From the human T2T-CHM13v2.0 reference genome, Homo sapiens, in NCBI RefSeq assembly GCF_009914755.1, contig NC_060947.1: a stretch of DNA of 64,000 nt; one strand, 5' to 3'. Shown here piece by piece: positions 14,880 to 30,877 of the stretch. Every line of letters starts with the position of its first letter. Positions within the stretch are counted from its first letter, which is position 1. A program made the translations under genes and the position numbers. The notes under the pieces were generated by a model that was not told the DNA's origin, made no database searches, and saw only the letters and a list, made by a program, of their open reading frames with translations.

Positions 14880-16200
14880 ATGCATCACTCCTCCTCCACC
14901 CACACACACATAGATGTACTTCCATCATGTCTGCACCTGTGCAGATATACCCAGACACAGGCACACGGAGAGACATCCATCTGCACCAATAACATATGCA
15001 AACGTATTCCTATGCATACACAGCAGATATGCACACACATCCACATACTCGACTTTACTCCAAACACACGTGCATGCACATACACACACACACTCTGAAA
15101 TATCTACACCTTCACACACCCAAATATACGTACATACACATTTGTAGCCATGTAGATACACCCGGATGCAGGCACACATCCACAGACCCATACCTATACA
15201 CACTCCCCCAATGCCCTCCCTACAGCCACACTTGTGCAGTTACACCCACTCACAAACATACAATCAAATACCCATATACATCCACACCCCCCATTTACAT
15301 ACACAAACATCCTCACCTGTGCAGATGCACTCAGCTATGAACACACATCTACACACATGTACATATCTGCATCTGACACACTCATAGATGTACACCCATG
15401 AAGATATACCTGATATAGACACACATCCATATGCCCATACACATCCAAATCACATCATACATACACAGACACATAGATGTATCTCATCTGCACATCTACA
15501 TCCACGCAGATACATCCAGATGTAAACACACATCTGCACATCCATGCACATATACATATACCTACACACACATACACATACATTCACATCTATGCAGACA
15601 ACACCCAGACACAGACACAAATCCACACAACCATGTATACCTGCATCCCCCAAACACACACACACTCTCATATACATATACATACATACACCTAAACATA
15701 TATGCACCTTTGCAGATGAACCTAGTTATAGATACAAATTCACACATCCGTTGATGTCCACACTTTCTGCATACAAATACACATATATCTATATACAGAG
15801 CTATGTATGTACCTACACACACATGAACATGCACATATATTTTATACACACAAACACACCCCCAGGCACGTATACCCATGTATACACATACATCCATATT
15901 CACACATGAACACACACATAAACACACCAACATGCACATAAATATACACACCCACACGAATATACATGCACACATAATATATGCACACGTACATGTGGAT
16001 ACACTCACAGATACACATATACATACATACACATGTGTACATGCAACATACACATATACATACACACAAATACATGGCATGTAGGAGTGTATGTGTACAT
16101 ATCCCAATGTTATATACACATAGTCACACCTACACACCCAGACGCACATGCATACTGGACACCTATGTACACTCATGGACATGTACACACTCACACTCAT
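14880..16200. repeat. About 1.3-kb degenerate (CA/TA)n low-complexity tract
   Basis: Continuous acac/atac/acat composition; source of the spurious H/T/Y and C/V/M ORFs. Confidence 0.9.
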
Positions 16201-16619
16201 TCATCCCAGAGGCCATCTGTCAAAGTCAAGCTCAATGAGCCCTTTCCAGAAATCAGTGCCTGAGGGACAGTCCTAAGGAGCCAGATCTAATTAGCATAAT
16301 ACGAATCTCCCCACCCACCTCAACCCTGGAAACCTTGCTGCCAGCACAGCCAGCCAGTTGGGGAACTCTCCTTGCTCTCTTGAGAAAGCAGTGAGGTCAG
16401 TGGCTCCCTCAGCTACACAGCCTACCTGCTGCACCAGTGCTGCCTCCTGCACCAGTGCGGCCTCCTGCAGGAGAACCCATGCCTCTGTTGTGGGGCCCTG
16501 CAAGGTTTCCTGGATCAAGGGCAGCAAATATTGTAAATCAGAAGGCAATGCAGGAGAGAACAATGGGGTTGCAGTCATACAGGGCCTGGTGGCCTTGCTA
16601 GGGAGCCGGGCCTTTGTGC

Positions 16620-17050
16620 TCAGGGCCACCAAAATGTTTGAAGAAGGGGAGCGACATGGTCAGATTTGTGTTTGCAAAGGATTCCTCTGGCTGCCACGTG
16701 GACAATGGTGGGAGACATGCAGTTTGGAGGCAGAGGGTCCAGGGAGGAGAGTGGCACAGCTATCCAGGGAGGAGAAGAGAGGGCTTAGGCCAGCGTGGGG
16801 GAGGGAGGTGGAGCAACCAACAGTGAGCTGGCTGAGAGTCTGGCCAGGACTAAGGCCACAGGTTGGATGGGGGCATGAGGGAGAGAGAAGGAGGGGCAAA
16901 ACATGACATCCAGATTTCTGGGGTAGGGGACTGGCAGGGCTATAGAGATGGACAGGGACCAGACCAGGCAGGCTCCATGGGCCACAGGAGGGAACTAGGG
17001 CTTTATCTGGGGGCCATAAGAAGCTATTGAAAGGCTGGAAGCATAGGAAA
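16620..17050 (+). mobile_element. L2 fragments
   Basis: gacatggtcagatttgtgtttgcaaaggattcctctggctgc is L2-like. Confidence 0.5.
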
Positions 17051-17254
17051 AAAAATGTATTGTGCTTATGAGTATCAGGTTACTGGGAGGGGCCAGATGG
17101 ATGATCTGGAAAGGTGAACAGGACCCTCAGGAACAATTTGCACCAGGTAGAGGGAGGCATGTGGCTATCAAACCAGAGCAGGCAGAGTTAGCCCCTGCCC
17201 AGCACCTCCAGGCAGTTCACCAGGACTGCACAGGTGAGGTTGTCCCTGTCAAAC

Positions 17255-17610
17255 TCTGCCTGGAGGCCAGAAGTCCAAAACCAAAATGTCAGTGGGGGGA
17301 GTTCCTTCTGAGAGCTGTGAGAGAATCAGTTCCAGGCCTCTCTCCTACCCTCTCGCAGCTTCAAGTGTTTCTTTGCGTGGAGATGGCATTCTCCCTGTGT
17401 CTCCACATCATCTTCCCTCTATGTTTGCCTGTCTCTCTGTCTAAATGTCCCCTTTTTATGAAGACATCAGTCATATTAGATTAGGGCCCACCCTAATGGC
17501 CCATTTTAACTTGTTCATCTGCAAAGACTATTTTCAAATGAGGTCACATTCACAGGTTCTGGGGGTTAGAATTTTAAGATCTTTTGGGGGAACACAATTC
17601 CAATCATAAT
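17255..17610 (-). mobile_element. MaLR LTR fragment, MLT1B-like
   Basis: ctggaggccagaagtcc; tcatattagattagggcccaccctaatg; aggtcacattcacaggttctgggggttag. Confidence 0.8.
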
Positions 17611-19470
17611 GTTCATCTAGGCTTAACTATGAGCAGGAGTTCACGGGACCCCTCCTGGGTCAGGGCAGCAGCTATGGAAGGAAAGCAAACTACTCAGTGC
17701 AGGCTGGGCCTGGGCAAGACAGGATCCCAGGTCCTAGAACAATACTCTGCCTGGGGCAGACATTCATTCTAAGACCTGGGATACCAGTGAAGGGCAGGCC
17801 TCAGATAAGGAGAGAGAGCTGCCCCAGGAGAGTATGGAAGGGGCACAGAGGCTGCCCAAGGGTGCAGAGGCAGAAAGACTTAGTGTTAGTCACCCTGCCT
17901 GGACAAGAAGAGGTGCAGGCAGTGCCTAATTAGTGTACAGAGAGCCTTGGTCAAGCGCTGGGGAGCAGGGGCTCACTGTGCCCCAGGGTGGGGGACACAG
18001 CAGGAGCAAGGCCTGAAGCAGTGGCAGCAGCAGCACTGAGAGTGAGGCATGCAGAAGTATTTCTGACTTCCCAGCTCTGAAGCCTGAGAGATCCCTATTT
18101 CAGGGATCCAGGTACCTGGTCCCAGGTAATCTCAGTTATCTGACGCTCCCTCTCTGGGCCTTTTTCAGAAGGGACGTAGGGCACTTGTGCTAGGGATGGG
18201 CATTTGTAGGTCTGTGAGCTAAGGGATCCAACGGGTGGAAGCTCAAGTGGTACGGAAACTGAGGAGTGGAGCCCAACACGGATGGCATGTGGGAGCATGC
18301 ATGCTTGTACATGACTGTGTGTGCCCATGTACACGTGTGTGAGCGGGTGTGCCTCTGGGTGCACTTGTCTGTGTGTGCATCATTGTTTACAGGGATTTCT
18401 TGTGCCTGTGCACATGGTGGGAGGGAGGCACAGGTGGTCAAACAAGGTTTGCCAGGGAAACTGCTACCTGAGCTGTAGCTAAGCTTGATTTAAACCTATC
18501 ATAAAAGTATTAGGTGGCCTACTGTGTCACCCCTCAGCCACCATAATCCATCTCCACCTGTCCCAGGCCTCAGCACCCCATCTTCTACAGACACATCTTT
18601 TCTGTTGCAGCTAGCAAGGGGCCCGCTGGGTCCCCTGACCGCCTGTGCACGTGCAGTTGCTAAGCTTTCACAGGCCACATTTCAGTCAGGCACAGGCTAG
18701 AAGCTTACTTGTTATTTGTTTTATCACTCATAATCCAGAAACAATCTAGCTGCTAAACAGCACATGCTCATTTGGTAACTGAGGTTACCTGGGACCAACT
18801 GAGGCCTGGGGTCTAGGCTGGCTAGAAACTGCCAGCAATGGTGGGAACAGCTCTGATAGTGTGGGGCTTGCTTTCTCAGTAAAGAGGAAAACATCTGGGC
18901 ACATGCCTGTCAGCCCAGGCCTGGATGCAGACAGACAGAGTCAGAAAGAGACAGAGACAGATACACAGGGAGAGAGGGCAAGAAGGAAAGTGAATTGGCA
19001 TTAGTGAGTTTTTTGGATTTGGATCATGTGCTTTGCCTCTAGGTAAAAGTCCCTTACATGTTAGTGGTTAGGTGATAAATACTACAGGGGCTGAGAGACC
19101 ACCCTTGGATTGAAGTCCCTTCTCAGCCAGGGGCCTCTCTCTAGTTGTGGGACCTGGCTGCACCTGTCTTCCCCCCATAAATGGGGATGTAAGAGCTGGG
19201 CTGTCCAGCTCCCTTGGCTGTTGGGAGGGCCAGATGCAATGCAGCCTGGAGAAGTGCTTTGGGAACTGCTGATCTCTGCCCAGATACAAGAGCATTTTAT
19301 TGATTTTAAAGGAAATTGAGATTTTGGAAAAATAAGCATGAAGCCCAAAGAAGCAAATATTCACAACAGTAGCAATTAGCATCTATACCTGCAGTCTACA
19401 CCCTGGCTCACCTGTGCCCAGGAGCGTGGCCCCTTATGCATCTTATATCTTCCAAGTAAATGAATCCTCA

Positions 19471-19962
<492 letters not shown>

Positions 19963-21214
19963 TTATCCTATTGCCTATGCTGAATTTAGCACAATTATAT
20001 ACAAGATCGCTAACAAGCACGTGGCCTTCCTGCACCATTGCAAAGATCACATTGCTATCTCTATTTGAAAACATCTTATCACCCTTCAAACTGTTTATGT
20101 CTGATTGAAATGCTCCATGTGATTCTGCCTCTCTCTGTGTGTATATGCATGTATTTATGTGTGTGTTTATTACACACACAGACAGGCGGGAGAGGAAGAG
20201 ATAGAGTTAGAGGTAGTTGTTCTGGTAGAAAGAATCATAATCCATCAGCAGGTAGAGCTCTCTTAGGCTGAAGCACTTTGGGAGTGTCTTTCAGGGTTCC
20301 ACGCTTTTCTTCCACACCTTCCATCCATCCCCTATACTGGCATCAGAAGTGGTGAGGATGAAGCCTCATGCTCATAGGGAACCAGGCTAGGCTCCTGGTG
20401 GTGAGATTGGTGGATAAAAAGCCAAAGGTCAGGGTAGGGGAGTGATCTTCCCCCACCCCCAAACTGGCAGTCACAGATTCTGCCTTTTCTCTGCCCTTCC
20501 TCCAGGGAGTAGCACCCACACCCTTCCCTTTCCAATAGCCACTGGGAGACAGGCAGGAGGGAGGCTGATTGGCCCTTTTCCTTTATATCTCTGTGGCATA
20601 TGTTCCACCTGGGACCCTTTCTCCCCCAGAGTCAGCATATATGAGTTGGATGTAAACATTTATATACAGGATTAGGCTTATTTTTAGAAATGTATTCTTA
20701 GAAAGGGATCAACTGTAAAGGACTATCACAGCCCTGCAGGGTTGAGGTCAATGGGTGAAGAGGCTCCCTAGCCCTTTCCTCTCCTTAATCGGGTTCCTTG
20801 AAGCAGAAGAAGACAGGAATGAAATGCAGAGAATAATAAGGGATGATAAGGCCAAAGGGTAAACAAAAAGAAGGAAGGCTTGACTTTCCATGGTCAGTAG
20901 CTTATCCCTATAAGGAGGTCCTGGGCAAGCCTGTCATCTGTGGGTTTCAGTTTGTCCATTTGTAACATGGGAGAGCTGGACTAGCTGGTCTCTAAGGATG
21001 GTTCTAGCTCTTAAATGCCTTGAATTGAAATATTGAGCAATTGGCAAGTGCCCAGGCCTCTGCTAGGCTATGCTGTTGGGGAAAAAAGGGACAAGGAGAC
21101 AAAGCCTGTTCTCCTGTTGCTGGCAATCCAGTTAGGAGGCAAAAACAGACAATGGCCAGGAAAGCCATTGGTGCTAAACTGTGGGACTGCACCAGTGTAG
21201 TCAGACCATTAAGA

Positions 21215-21579
21215 TGTATTAGTCAGTTCTCACACTATGGATAAAGACTTACCTGAGACTGGGTAACTTATGAAGAAAAAGAGGTTTAATGGATTCACAA
21301 TTCCACATGGCTGGAGAGGCCTCACAATCATGGCAGAAGGCGAAGAGGGAGCAAAGGCATGTCTTACGTGGTGGCAGGCAAGAGAGTGTGTGCAGGGGAA
21401 CTCCCCTTTATAAAACCATCAGCTCTCATGAGAGTTATTCACTATCACAAGGACAGGATTGGAGAAACCGCCCCCATGATTCAATCGTCTTCACCTGGTC
21501 CCTCCCACGACATGTGGGGATTATGGGAACAACAATTTAAGATGAGATTTGAGTGGGGACACAAAACCTAACCATATCG
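21215..21579 (-). mobile_element. THE1 (THE1C-like) solo LTR
   Basis: tgtattagtc..cctgagactgggtaa..gaggcctcacaatcatggcagaagg..gcaggggaactcccctttataaaaccatcag..aaccatatc. Confidence 0.88.
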
Positions 21580-22039
21580 AAGGGTGTGCTTCGTGAGGTT
21601 AAACCTCATCAATTGCCCAGAAGAAGCTTAACTGGCTTGAGTAACAAGAGCAGTGGGAAGTTTCCCTGGGAGCTTTAGAATGAAAACAGAAGAGATATGG
21701 TGAATGGCCTAGACAACACTCATGTCAAAATTTAAATAGACCCATCTTTCCAAAAGAGCTGATCTCCTCATGCCCCAGGTCAACAACTTGAGTTGAAAGT
21801 AACCTTATGATCTAAGGTGAATGAAAATACAGGAGATGGCCTGATAGGCAGAAGGCAGGCAGCTAGACAGCCTAGAGAGTTCCCATTGGTCTCCCTTGGT
21901 AAAAGCCCTCTGTCTACCCCCTCAGTTTTTCCCCCAACCCCACCATCACATGTGCACAATAGCCCTACCAATTTCTTGATGCCTAGAACTTTTAAACGAT
22001 AGAAAGATTTTCAGTCCATGGGGATATATTGTCTTAAAA

Positions 22040-22213
22040 TAGTATTTCTCAAAGTGTGGTCACAGGGCTAGAATCATCATCATCTGGAGACTTGTTAGGA
22101 ATGCCTACTCTCAGGCCCCACCCAAGACGTAATGAACCAGAAACTCTGGGGGCAGGTCCCAGCAATCTGTTTTTCACAAGCCTCTAAGAGATTCTAATGT
22201 ATGAGAACCACTG
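22040..22213. mobile_element. MER5A (hAT-Charlie MITE)
   Basis: ttctcaaagtgtggtc..caggccccaccc..cagaaactctggggg..cccagcaatctgttttt..tgagaaccactg. Confidence 0.85.
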
Positions 22214-24089
22214 ACAAAGTATCTCTCCCTCAGAAGAGCCAAGATGATAACCAAAATATGGACTATAGTGTAAGAGGCTCTCAGACCTCTCCTGTGAGCA
22301 TGGTGTTATGGAGGAGAAGTGTAGATACAGACATAAAGTACTGGGAAGGGATGGGGGCACTTCATAACAGCTTCTCAGGCCTGGATTTGGGAACCTACTT
22401 AGGTGACATTGAAACCACAAGGTCTTTGAGAGCATGAGCATGATCATAGGTCTCCATGAGCACACACTGTTATTCAGTTCCTAGGACATCCATTATCCTT
22501 TATTCTCCTCATATCCTTTATTCTCCACTGGGAGATGGGAATCATTTGACCCAATTTGCAGGAAACAGGCCCTGTCCTATGCTACCATGAGGGCTAAGTT
22601 TTGAGGGACTCTGTAGATGGAGAAGAAACCAACTGGCATAATCTACCTCCTGCCCACAATTGAGTCTTCATTGACATAACCATGACTGCAAGCATACACT
22701 CCATATCTGCTGTCTCCCTCTCCTAGAGTGTTCCCTAGGGCTTTGCAACCAGTCCCTGGCCCAAGGATGGTAAATACAAGGCACAGGTACTGCCATTCTC
22801 CCATCCCCTACCTATGTCAGATATCACTAATCAATCACAGTCTCCCCCTGAGCTTTGCCAGGACCTCAGAATCCTTTCAAGCTCAGTAGTCCCAGAAGTG
22901 GCCCAAGGAGTGACTTATTGAATGAATGAATGACTCAAAACTGTACCTCTGAGCTTCCCTATTCCAATCTTTGGGAAATGCCTGATTCTTGACAGTATGT
23001 CTGTGAGGCAAATACTTCAGATTTCCGGTAGTATAATCTCTAATATTCAGGATTTAAGTTGGATTTAAGTTGGCATATATGCACCAATTAAATAGAGAGC
23101 TGCCAAATACTGCCACAGGGTCTGCATGCAGTCATCTCACTGCCAATTCCTTCAGGAGATAATAACGTATGCATATTTTATGGACTCAAATAAGAGATTC
23201 ACTTATTTCTGTAATGAGATTCCATTACAGCTGGTTTGCAGAAGCCCCCATAAAGTCAGGGAAATGCACCATAGAAAATAAACTCCAGAAATTTCCAGGC
23301 TTGGCATATCTATGTATGTACATTTGGGGTTGGGTATGGCAAGAGGGTCATACATGTGGACTAAAACGAAGGTTGATAAATGAGGGAGGGAGAATGTATT
23401 TAACCCCATTAACTTCATTCAGGTTTTTCTTAATGTCATATATATTGTCTTAATTCTGTAACTGCTGGTGGAAGATAGGGCCATAAACCATTCTGAGTAC
23501 CAGGGAAAAGTCAGGCTTCAGTAAAAAAAATTGCCTGCAGAATATAGGGATGGCTTTAAAGAAACAGAAAAGTGTGATTCATAAACAGGAAAAAACAAGC
23601 AGTAGAAATTGTTTTTAAAGGAACTTAGATGTTAGACATAGACATAATCTTCAAAGTAGCTATTAGAAATATGTCCAAATAACTAAAGGAAGCCATATTT
23701 AAAATGTTAAAAGAAAGTGTGAAAATTACCTGACAAATTAAGGATCTCAGTAAGGGCAAACAAATTAACAAGAAAAACTAAATGTAAATTCTTACTTTGA
23801 AGTACAATAACTGAAATAAATTCACTAGAGGATCTCAATAGCAGATTTCAGACAGCAGAAGAAAGAATTTGAAAATAGATCAATATTATCCAATTTTAAG
23901 AACAGAAAAACAAAAGATTGAAGAAAAATAGAGTCTCAGAGATTTCTGTGTCATATTGGAGTTCCAGAAGGAGAGGAGAGAGAAAAGAGCAGAAAAATTA
24001 TTGAAGAAATAATGACCAAAAATTTCCAAAATTTGATGAAAACCATTAATGTGAGCACAAAAGAAGCTCAATAAACCCTAAGTAGAATT

Positions 24090-25518
24090 ATATTCTCTAA
24101 TAACAAATTATCCAAAAAAGAAATTAAGAAAACAATCCAATTTACAAATTAATATCAAAAAATGAAATACTTAGGAATAAACTTCAGCAAGGAGATGAGA
24201 GATTTCTAGACTAAAAACCACAAAATATAGATGAAAGATATTAAAGCAGACACAAATAAATAAAAAGACATCCTATGTTCATGAATTAGAATAATTAATA
24301 TTGTTAAAATGTCCATACTATGCAAAGTGATCTACAGGTTCAATGCTTTATCAAAATCCCTGGAGGATTTCTTACAGAGATAGAGAAAATATTTCTAAAA
24401 TTCATATGGAAGCATGAAAAGCCCCAAATAGCCAAAAAAATCTTGAAAAAAAGGAACAAAGCTAAAGGCATCACACTTCTTGATTTCAAAGTATACTACA
24501 AAGCTACTGTAATTAAAACAGTATGGTGCCATTGGAAAGCCAGACATATTGACCAATGGAACAAAAAAGAGAGCCTAGAAATAAATACACACGTATATGG
24601 TAAACTAATTTTTGACAAGGTTGCCAAGAATACAGAATGGGGAAAGGATAGTCTCTTCAACAAATGGTGATGCGAAAACTGGATATCCACATATATAAGA
24701 AGAAAATTGGACCCTATCTTACACTATATACAAAAATCAACTCAAAATGGATTAAATACTTAAGCATAAGACCTGAACTGTAAAACTCCTGGAAGAAATA
24801 TAGGGGAAAAGCTTCATGACATCAGTCTTGGCAATGGCTTCATGGATATGACACCAAAGCCTAGGGAACAAAAGCAAAAAAGAAAAATGGAACTACACCA
24901 AACTGAAAGGCTTCTGGTCAGCAAAGGAAACAACGGAATGAAAAGACAACCTATCTAACAGGAGAAAATATTTGCATATATCATAAACCATATATCAGAT
25001 AAGGAGTACATTTCCAAAATATATATGGAATGCCTACAATTCTATAGCAAAAAAATCTAACAACCTGGTTAAAAGATGGGCTAAAGACTTAAATAGACCA
25101 TAAAATGTACAAATGGCCAACAGGTATATAAAAAGATGTTCAGCATTACTAATCATCAGGGAAATGAAAATCAAAATGTGTTAGACATTACTTCACACCT
25201 GTTTAGGATGGTTATTATTAAAAAAAAGACAGCAAATGTTGCCAAGGATGTAGAAAAATTGGAACCTTTGTAGAATGTTGTTAGGCTTGCACAATGGTGC
25301 AGCCACTATGGAAAAAAGTATGGAGGTTCATCAAAAACTAGAACTACCATATGATGCAGCAAACCCACTTCTGTGTATTTATGCAAGGGAATTAAAATCA
25401 GGACCTTGAAAACATATTACCAATCCCATGTTCATTGCAACACTATTCACAATAGCCAAGATGAGAAAACCACTTAAATGTCTATTAACGAATAAATGGC
25501 GTTAAAATGTTATACACA

Positions 25519-25549
<31 letters not shown>

Positions 25550-25930
25550 TGGAATGTTATTCAGCTTTACAGAAAGAAGGAAATCCTGCAACATGTGACA
25601 TCATGGATAAACCGTGAGGACATTATGCTCAGTAAAATAAGCAAACAAGGACAAACTGCATGATTTCACTTATATGAAGTATCTAAAATAGTCAAACTCA
25701 TAGAAGCAAAGAATAGAATGGTGGTTTTCAAGGGCTGGAGAAAGGGGGAAATGGGTAATTGCTAATCAACATGTATAAAATTTCAATCATGCAAGATTAC
25801 GAAGTTCTAGATATTTGTTGTATGTACAACACTATGACAATAGAGAAAAATATTAGATTGTACTTTTAAAAACCTGTTAAGGGGGTAGGTCTTGTGTTAA
25901 AGTGCTCTTAACAAAATGTTTAAAAAAGAA
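24090..25930 (+). mobile_element. L1MA (about L1MA9) 3' portion
   Basis: ORF 24320 [32 protein letters not shown]; 3' UTR tagtcaaactcatagaagc.. Confidence 0.8.
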
Positions 25931-26374
25931 ATACATGCATATACATGTATAATTACATTAATAACAAACAAAATAGACTTTAAGACAGAAAATATTACCA
26001 GAGACAAAGTGAAACATTTCATAATGATAAAAAGGTCAATACATCAGAAAGATATGACAATTATAAGCAAATATGCACCCAACAACAAAGCTCAAAATTA
26101 CATGAAATAAATTTTGAGAGAATCGAGAAAAGAAATAGATAATTTTACAATAGCAGCTGTAGATTTTCAACACCACAAACTCAATAATTGATGAACAACT
26201 AGACAGAAAATCAGCAAGAATATAGAAGATATGCAGAACGTTATCAACCAAGTTGACCTTGTATTTATATATACAAACACTCTACCTAAGGACTACAGGA
26301 TACATAGTCTTTTCAAGCCCACAAGAAAATTCTCCATACCATATGTTGGGCCACAAAAGAAAACTCAGTACATT

Positions 26375-26521
26375 AGGATAAAAGACTACACATTGGGTAC
26401 AGTGTTCACTGCTCAGGTGATGGGTGCACCAAAATCTCAGGAATCACCACTAGAGAACCTATCCATGTAACCAAAAACTGCCTGTTCCCCAAAAACTATT
26501 GAAATAAAATAAAATAAAAAA
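26375..26521 (+). mobile_element. Short L1PB-like 3' end with (AAAAT)n tail
   Basis: gactacacattgggtacagtg..tgcaccaaaatctcag..aactattgaaataaaataaaa. Confidence 0.75.
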
Positions 26522-27497
26522 GAAATATTGAAATCATACAATGTATATTTTCTGACCACTGCAGAATTCAACTTTGAGATATACAACACCCTGGGAAAAC
26601 CCACAAATATTTTGAAATTAAACAGAAAACTCTTAAATAACTCACGAATCAAAGAATTAATCACAGGGGAAACTTTTAAAAAATCGTGTTAAATGAAAAT
26701 GAAAATATAACCTAGAATTAATGGAATACTCCAAAAGCAGTGCTTAGAGGGAAATTTATTACCATAGATGCCTATATCAAAAAAAGCAGAAATTTCCCAA
26801 ATTAACAACCTAAGCTTCCATTTCAAGGAAAGAGGGTAAACTATGAGTAAATTCAAAGCAAACAAAAGGAAATAATGAAGATTAGAACAGAAATCAATGA
26901 AATGGAGAAATAAAAACAAGAGAGAAAAATAAATGAAAACAAAAATTGATTCTTTTAAGAGATCAACAAAGCAGATAAGCTTAAATTAGAATAAGAAAAT
27001 AGGAGAGAATACCCATACCATACAATTCATACAGAAATACAAAAACCCAGGATAGACAAAACAATTTTGAAAAGAAAGAGCAAAGTTGAAGGGCTTACAT
27101 TATCTGATTTCAAAGATTAACTACAAGTGGATCATAGACCTAAATAACTATAACTGTGAAACTTTTAAAAGAAAACAGGAGAGAAACTATATGACCTTGG
27201 GTTAGGCAGAGTTCCTACATGCAACACCAAAAATAAAAGCTTTAAAAAGAAAAGTAAATAAATTGAACTTCATCAAATTTGAAAGTTCTACTCTTCAAAA
27301 GACACTGTTAGGAGAAGCAAAAACAAGCCATAAACTGGAAGAATGTATTTGCATATCATATCTCTAAAAAGAGATTTGAACCTAAAATATAAAAAGAACT
27401 CTTACAAGTCCCTTTTCTCATCTTTCATTTCTTCTTTTAGATTGATTTTTAAGAATTATTCCATTCTTCCTCTCTCCGCTACCCTGGTTAGTTGGTA

Positions 27498-27577
27498 GTA
27501 CGTTGGTGCAAAAGTAATCATGGTTTTTATCATAAAAAATAATGGCAAAACCCATGATTACTTTTGCACCAACCTAA
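27498..27577. mobile_element. MADE1 mariner MITE (80 bp, TA TSD)
   Basis: TIRs gttggtgcaaaagtaat / attacttttgcaccaac with TA on each side. Confidence 0.92.
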
Positions 27578-27720
27578 TACTTATATGCATATATTTTCAC
27601 TAGTGGTTAACTTAGAGAAGGGTTTCTCAAATATTTTCATCTCTGGACCCCATTTACATCCTTATGGGCATTATATCTATTGACACTTAATATATCCAAG
27701 AGTAAAGCTGAAACAATTTA

Positions 27721-29185
<1,465 letters not shown>

Positions 29186-29245
29186 ATATATATATTTAGA
29201 AAAACAAAAAAATTTATCAATTCATTTACAAATAATAAATCTGTT

Positions 29246-29747
29246 TGTGATGGTTACTTTTATGTGTCAACTTGACTGGGGCACAAGGTGCCCAGATATT
29301 TGGTCAAACATTCTGAGTGTTTCTGTGGGGGTGTTTCTCGATGAGATTAACATTTAAATCAGTAGACTGAGCAAAGTAGGTTACCTTTCCCAATGTTAGT
29401 GGGCCTCATCTAATCAGATGAAAGCCTGAATAGAACAAAAAGGCTCAGTAGGAGGGAACTCCTGCTGCCCAAAAACCTTCTAACTAGGACATGAGCTTTT
29501 TCCTGCCTTTAGACTGAAACTGAAGCATTGGTTCTTCCTGGATCTTGAGCCTACCAGACTTCAAACTGGAACTACACCATTGATTCTCCTGGTTTTCAGG
29601 CCTTTGAACTCTGGCTTGAACTGCACCATTGGCTTTCTTGGGTTTCCAGCTTGCTGACTCACCCTGCAGATCTTGGGACTTGTCAGCCTCCATAATTGCA
29701 TAAACCAATTCCTTATAAAAAAAAATCTCGATCTCTCTCTCTCTCTC

Positions 29748-29798
<51 letters not shown>

Positions 29799-29883
29799 CC
29801 CAGAGGGAATGCAATGTATATACATATATACACACATACACATCCTATTGGTTTTGTTTATCTAGAGAACCCTGGCTAATACA
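29246..29883 (+). mobile_element. MLT2 (ERVL) solo LTR, MLT2C/D-like, with (CT)n(GT)n at about 29733-29795
   Basis: tgtgatggttacttttatgtgtcaacttgactgg ... catcctattgg..gagaaccctggctaataca. Confidence 0.88.
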
Positions 29884-30675
29884 CAATTATGTGTCAAGAT
29901 AGGTAACATTTTTTATGAAAAATAATTATATTCTTCTAAACAAAAAATGTAGTGAGGAGATTCACATTGTTTTACATTTTTGCAAAATTCTTCAACGTTT
30001 GGCTTCATAGAAAACAGCTGGATTTTTGTATCTGCTCCTTCATTCAATCTATTGTGATATTACATGTCATGTAGCCTCTAGAAAGCTCCACGGTATACTT
30101 GTGAGAGGAGAGTTCAAAAGGCAACTAACATCTCAGTGTAATTATGAAAATAGTTTTTATCTTTCAGACCCATTGAAAGTTCTCGAGGAAGGACCTCAGG
30201 GATCCTTAGACAGCATTTGAGAACTACTGCCCTAGAGATTACAGTCATCCTTGATTTCTCAAGGTCTAATGTTAATTTCTTTCCCAGGCAATGAGAAGAC
30301 CTAAAATGCCTCAATTCTACGTCCCCTCTTCCCACTTACATGCTTTTGTGCTAGTGTATTTTAATTTTATCCATACTTTAAGACCCCCCACAATATATCA
30401 TTCTTATTATTTTATAGTCTGTGTTCATATTCATTTGTTCATAAATTTACACCTTTATCCTGCTTTTCTAGTTGTTTTTATTGAGAGGAATGACCCAAAT
30501 TACCTAGTCCACCATTATCAGAAATAGAAATCAATAAAGTTTTTGGTTTATTCATCCTTCAACCTGAAATGCTGTTTCCTACATTTACTATTTGTCAAAG
30601 TTATATCCTTTCAAGTCTTTTTATTCATTCTATATTAAAGAGAGATCTTTTTAGTGCCAGGCATTGTTCCAGAGC

Positions 30676-30877
30676 AGAACTGTTCAATGGAATTTTCTGA
30701 GATCATGGACATGACTTATATCTGCACTGTTCAACATGGTAGTCAACAAACAGCTCTTGGGCACTTGAAATGTGGCTAGAGCAACTGAGGAACTAAATGT
30801 TTAACTTTATTTAATTTTAATTAATTTAAGCTTAAATGGTCACATGTGACTAGTAGCCACTGTGTTGGGCAGCACAG
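30676..30877. mobile_element. MER3 (hAT-Charlie MITE)
   Basis: gcacttgaaatgtggctag..actgaggaactaaat..cacatgtgactagtagccactgtgttgggcagcacag. Confidence 0.8.

Larger units (their letters stand above)
23560..27410 (+). mobile_element. Old L1M ORF1/ORF2 fragments hosting younger L1 insertions
   Basis: ORF1-like A-rich coiled-coil region at 23700-24080; endonuclease-like sequence (KIDFKT..HFIMIK..YAPNN) from 25930. Confidence 0.75.

Noticed and set aside
14880-16263. Many His/Thr- or Cys/Val-rich ORFs up to 212 aa
   Set aside because: Translation artefacts of the CA/TG low-complexity tract; the same applies at 35898-36556 and 29484-29902.
16429-16469. 18-bp tandem repeat (about 2.3 copies) inside 182-aa and 113-aa ORFs
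   Set aside because: Simple local duplication; the ORFs have no recognisable homology and overlap L2 sequence.
22494-22526. 15-bp direct repeat (also an 11-bp repeat near 23051)
   Set aside because: Ordinary slippage duplications with no array or spacer structure.
24320-24670. 116-aa ORF
   Set aside because: Decayed L1MA ORF2 fragment.
27510-27562. Symmetric catg in both MADE1 arms as evidence of compensatory selection
   Set aside because: Independent CpG decay of a cgcg in each arm explains it without selection.
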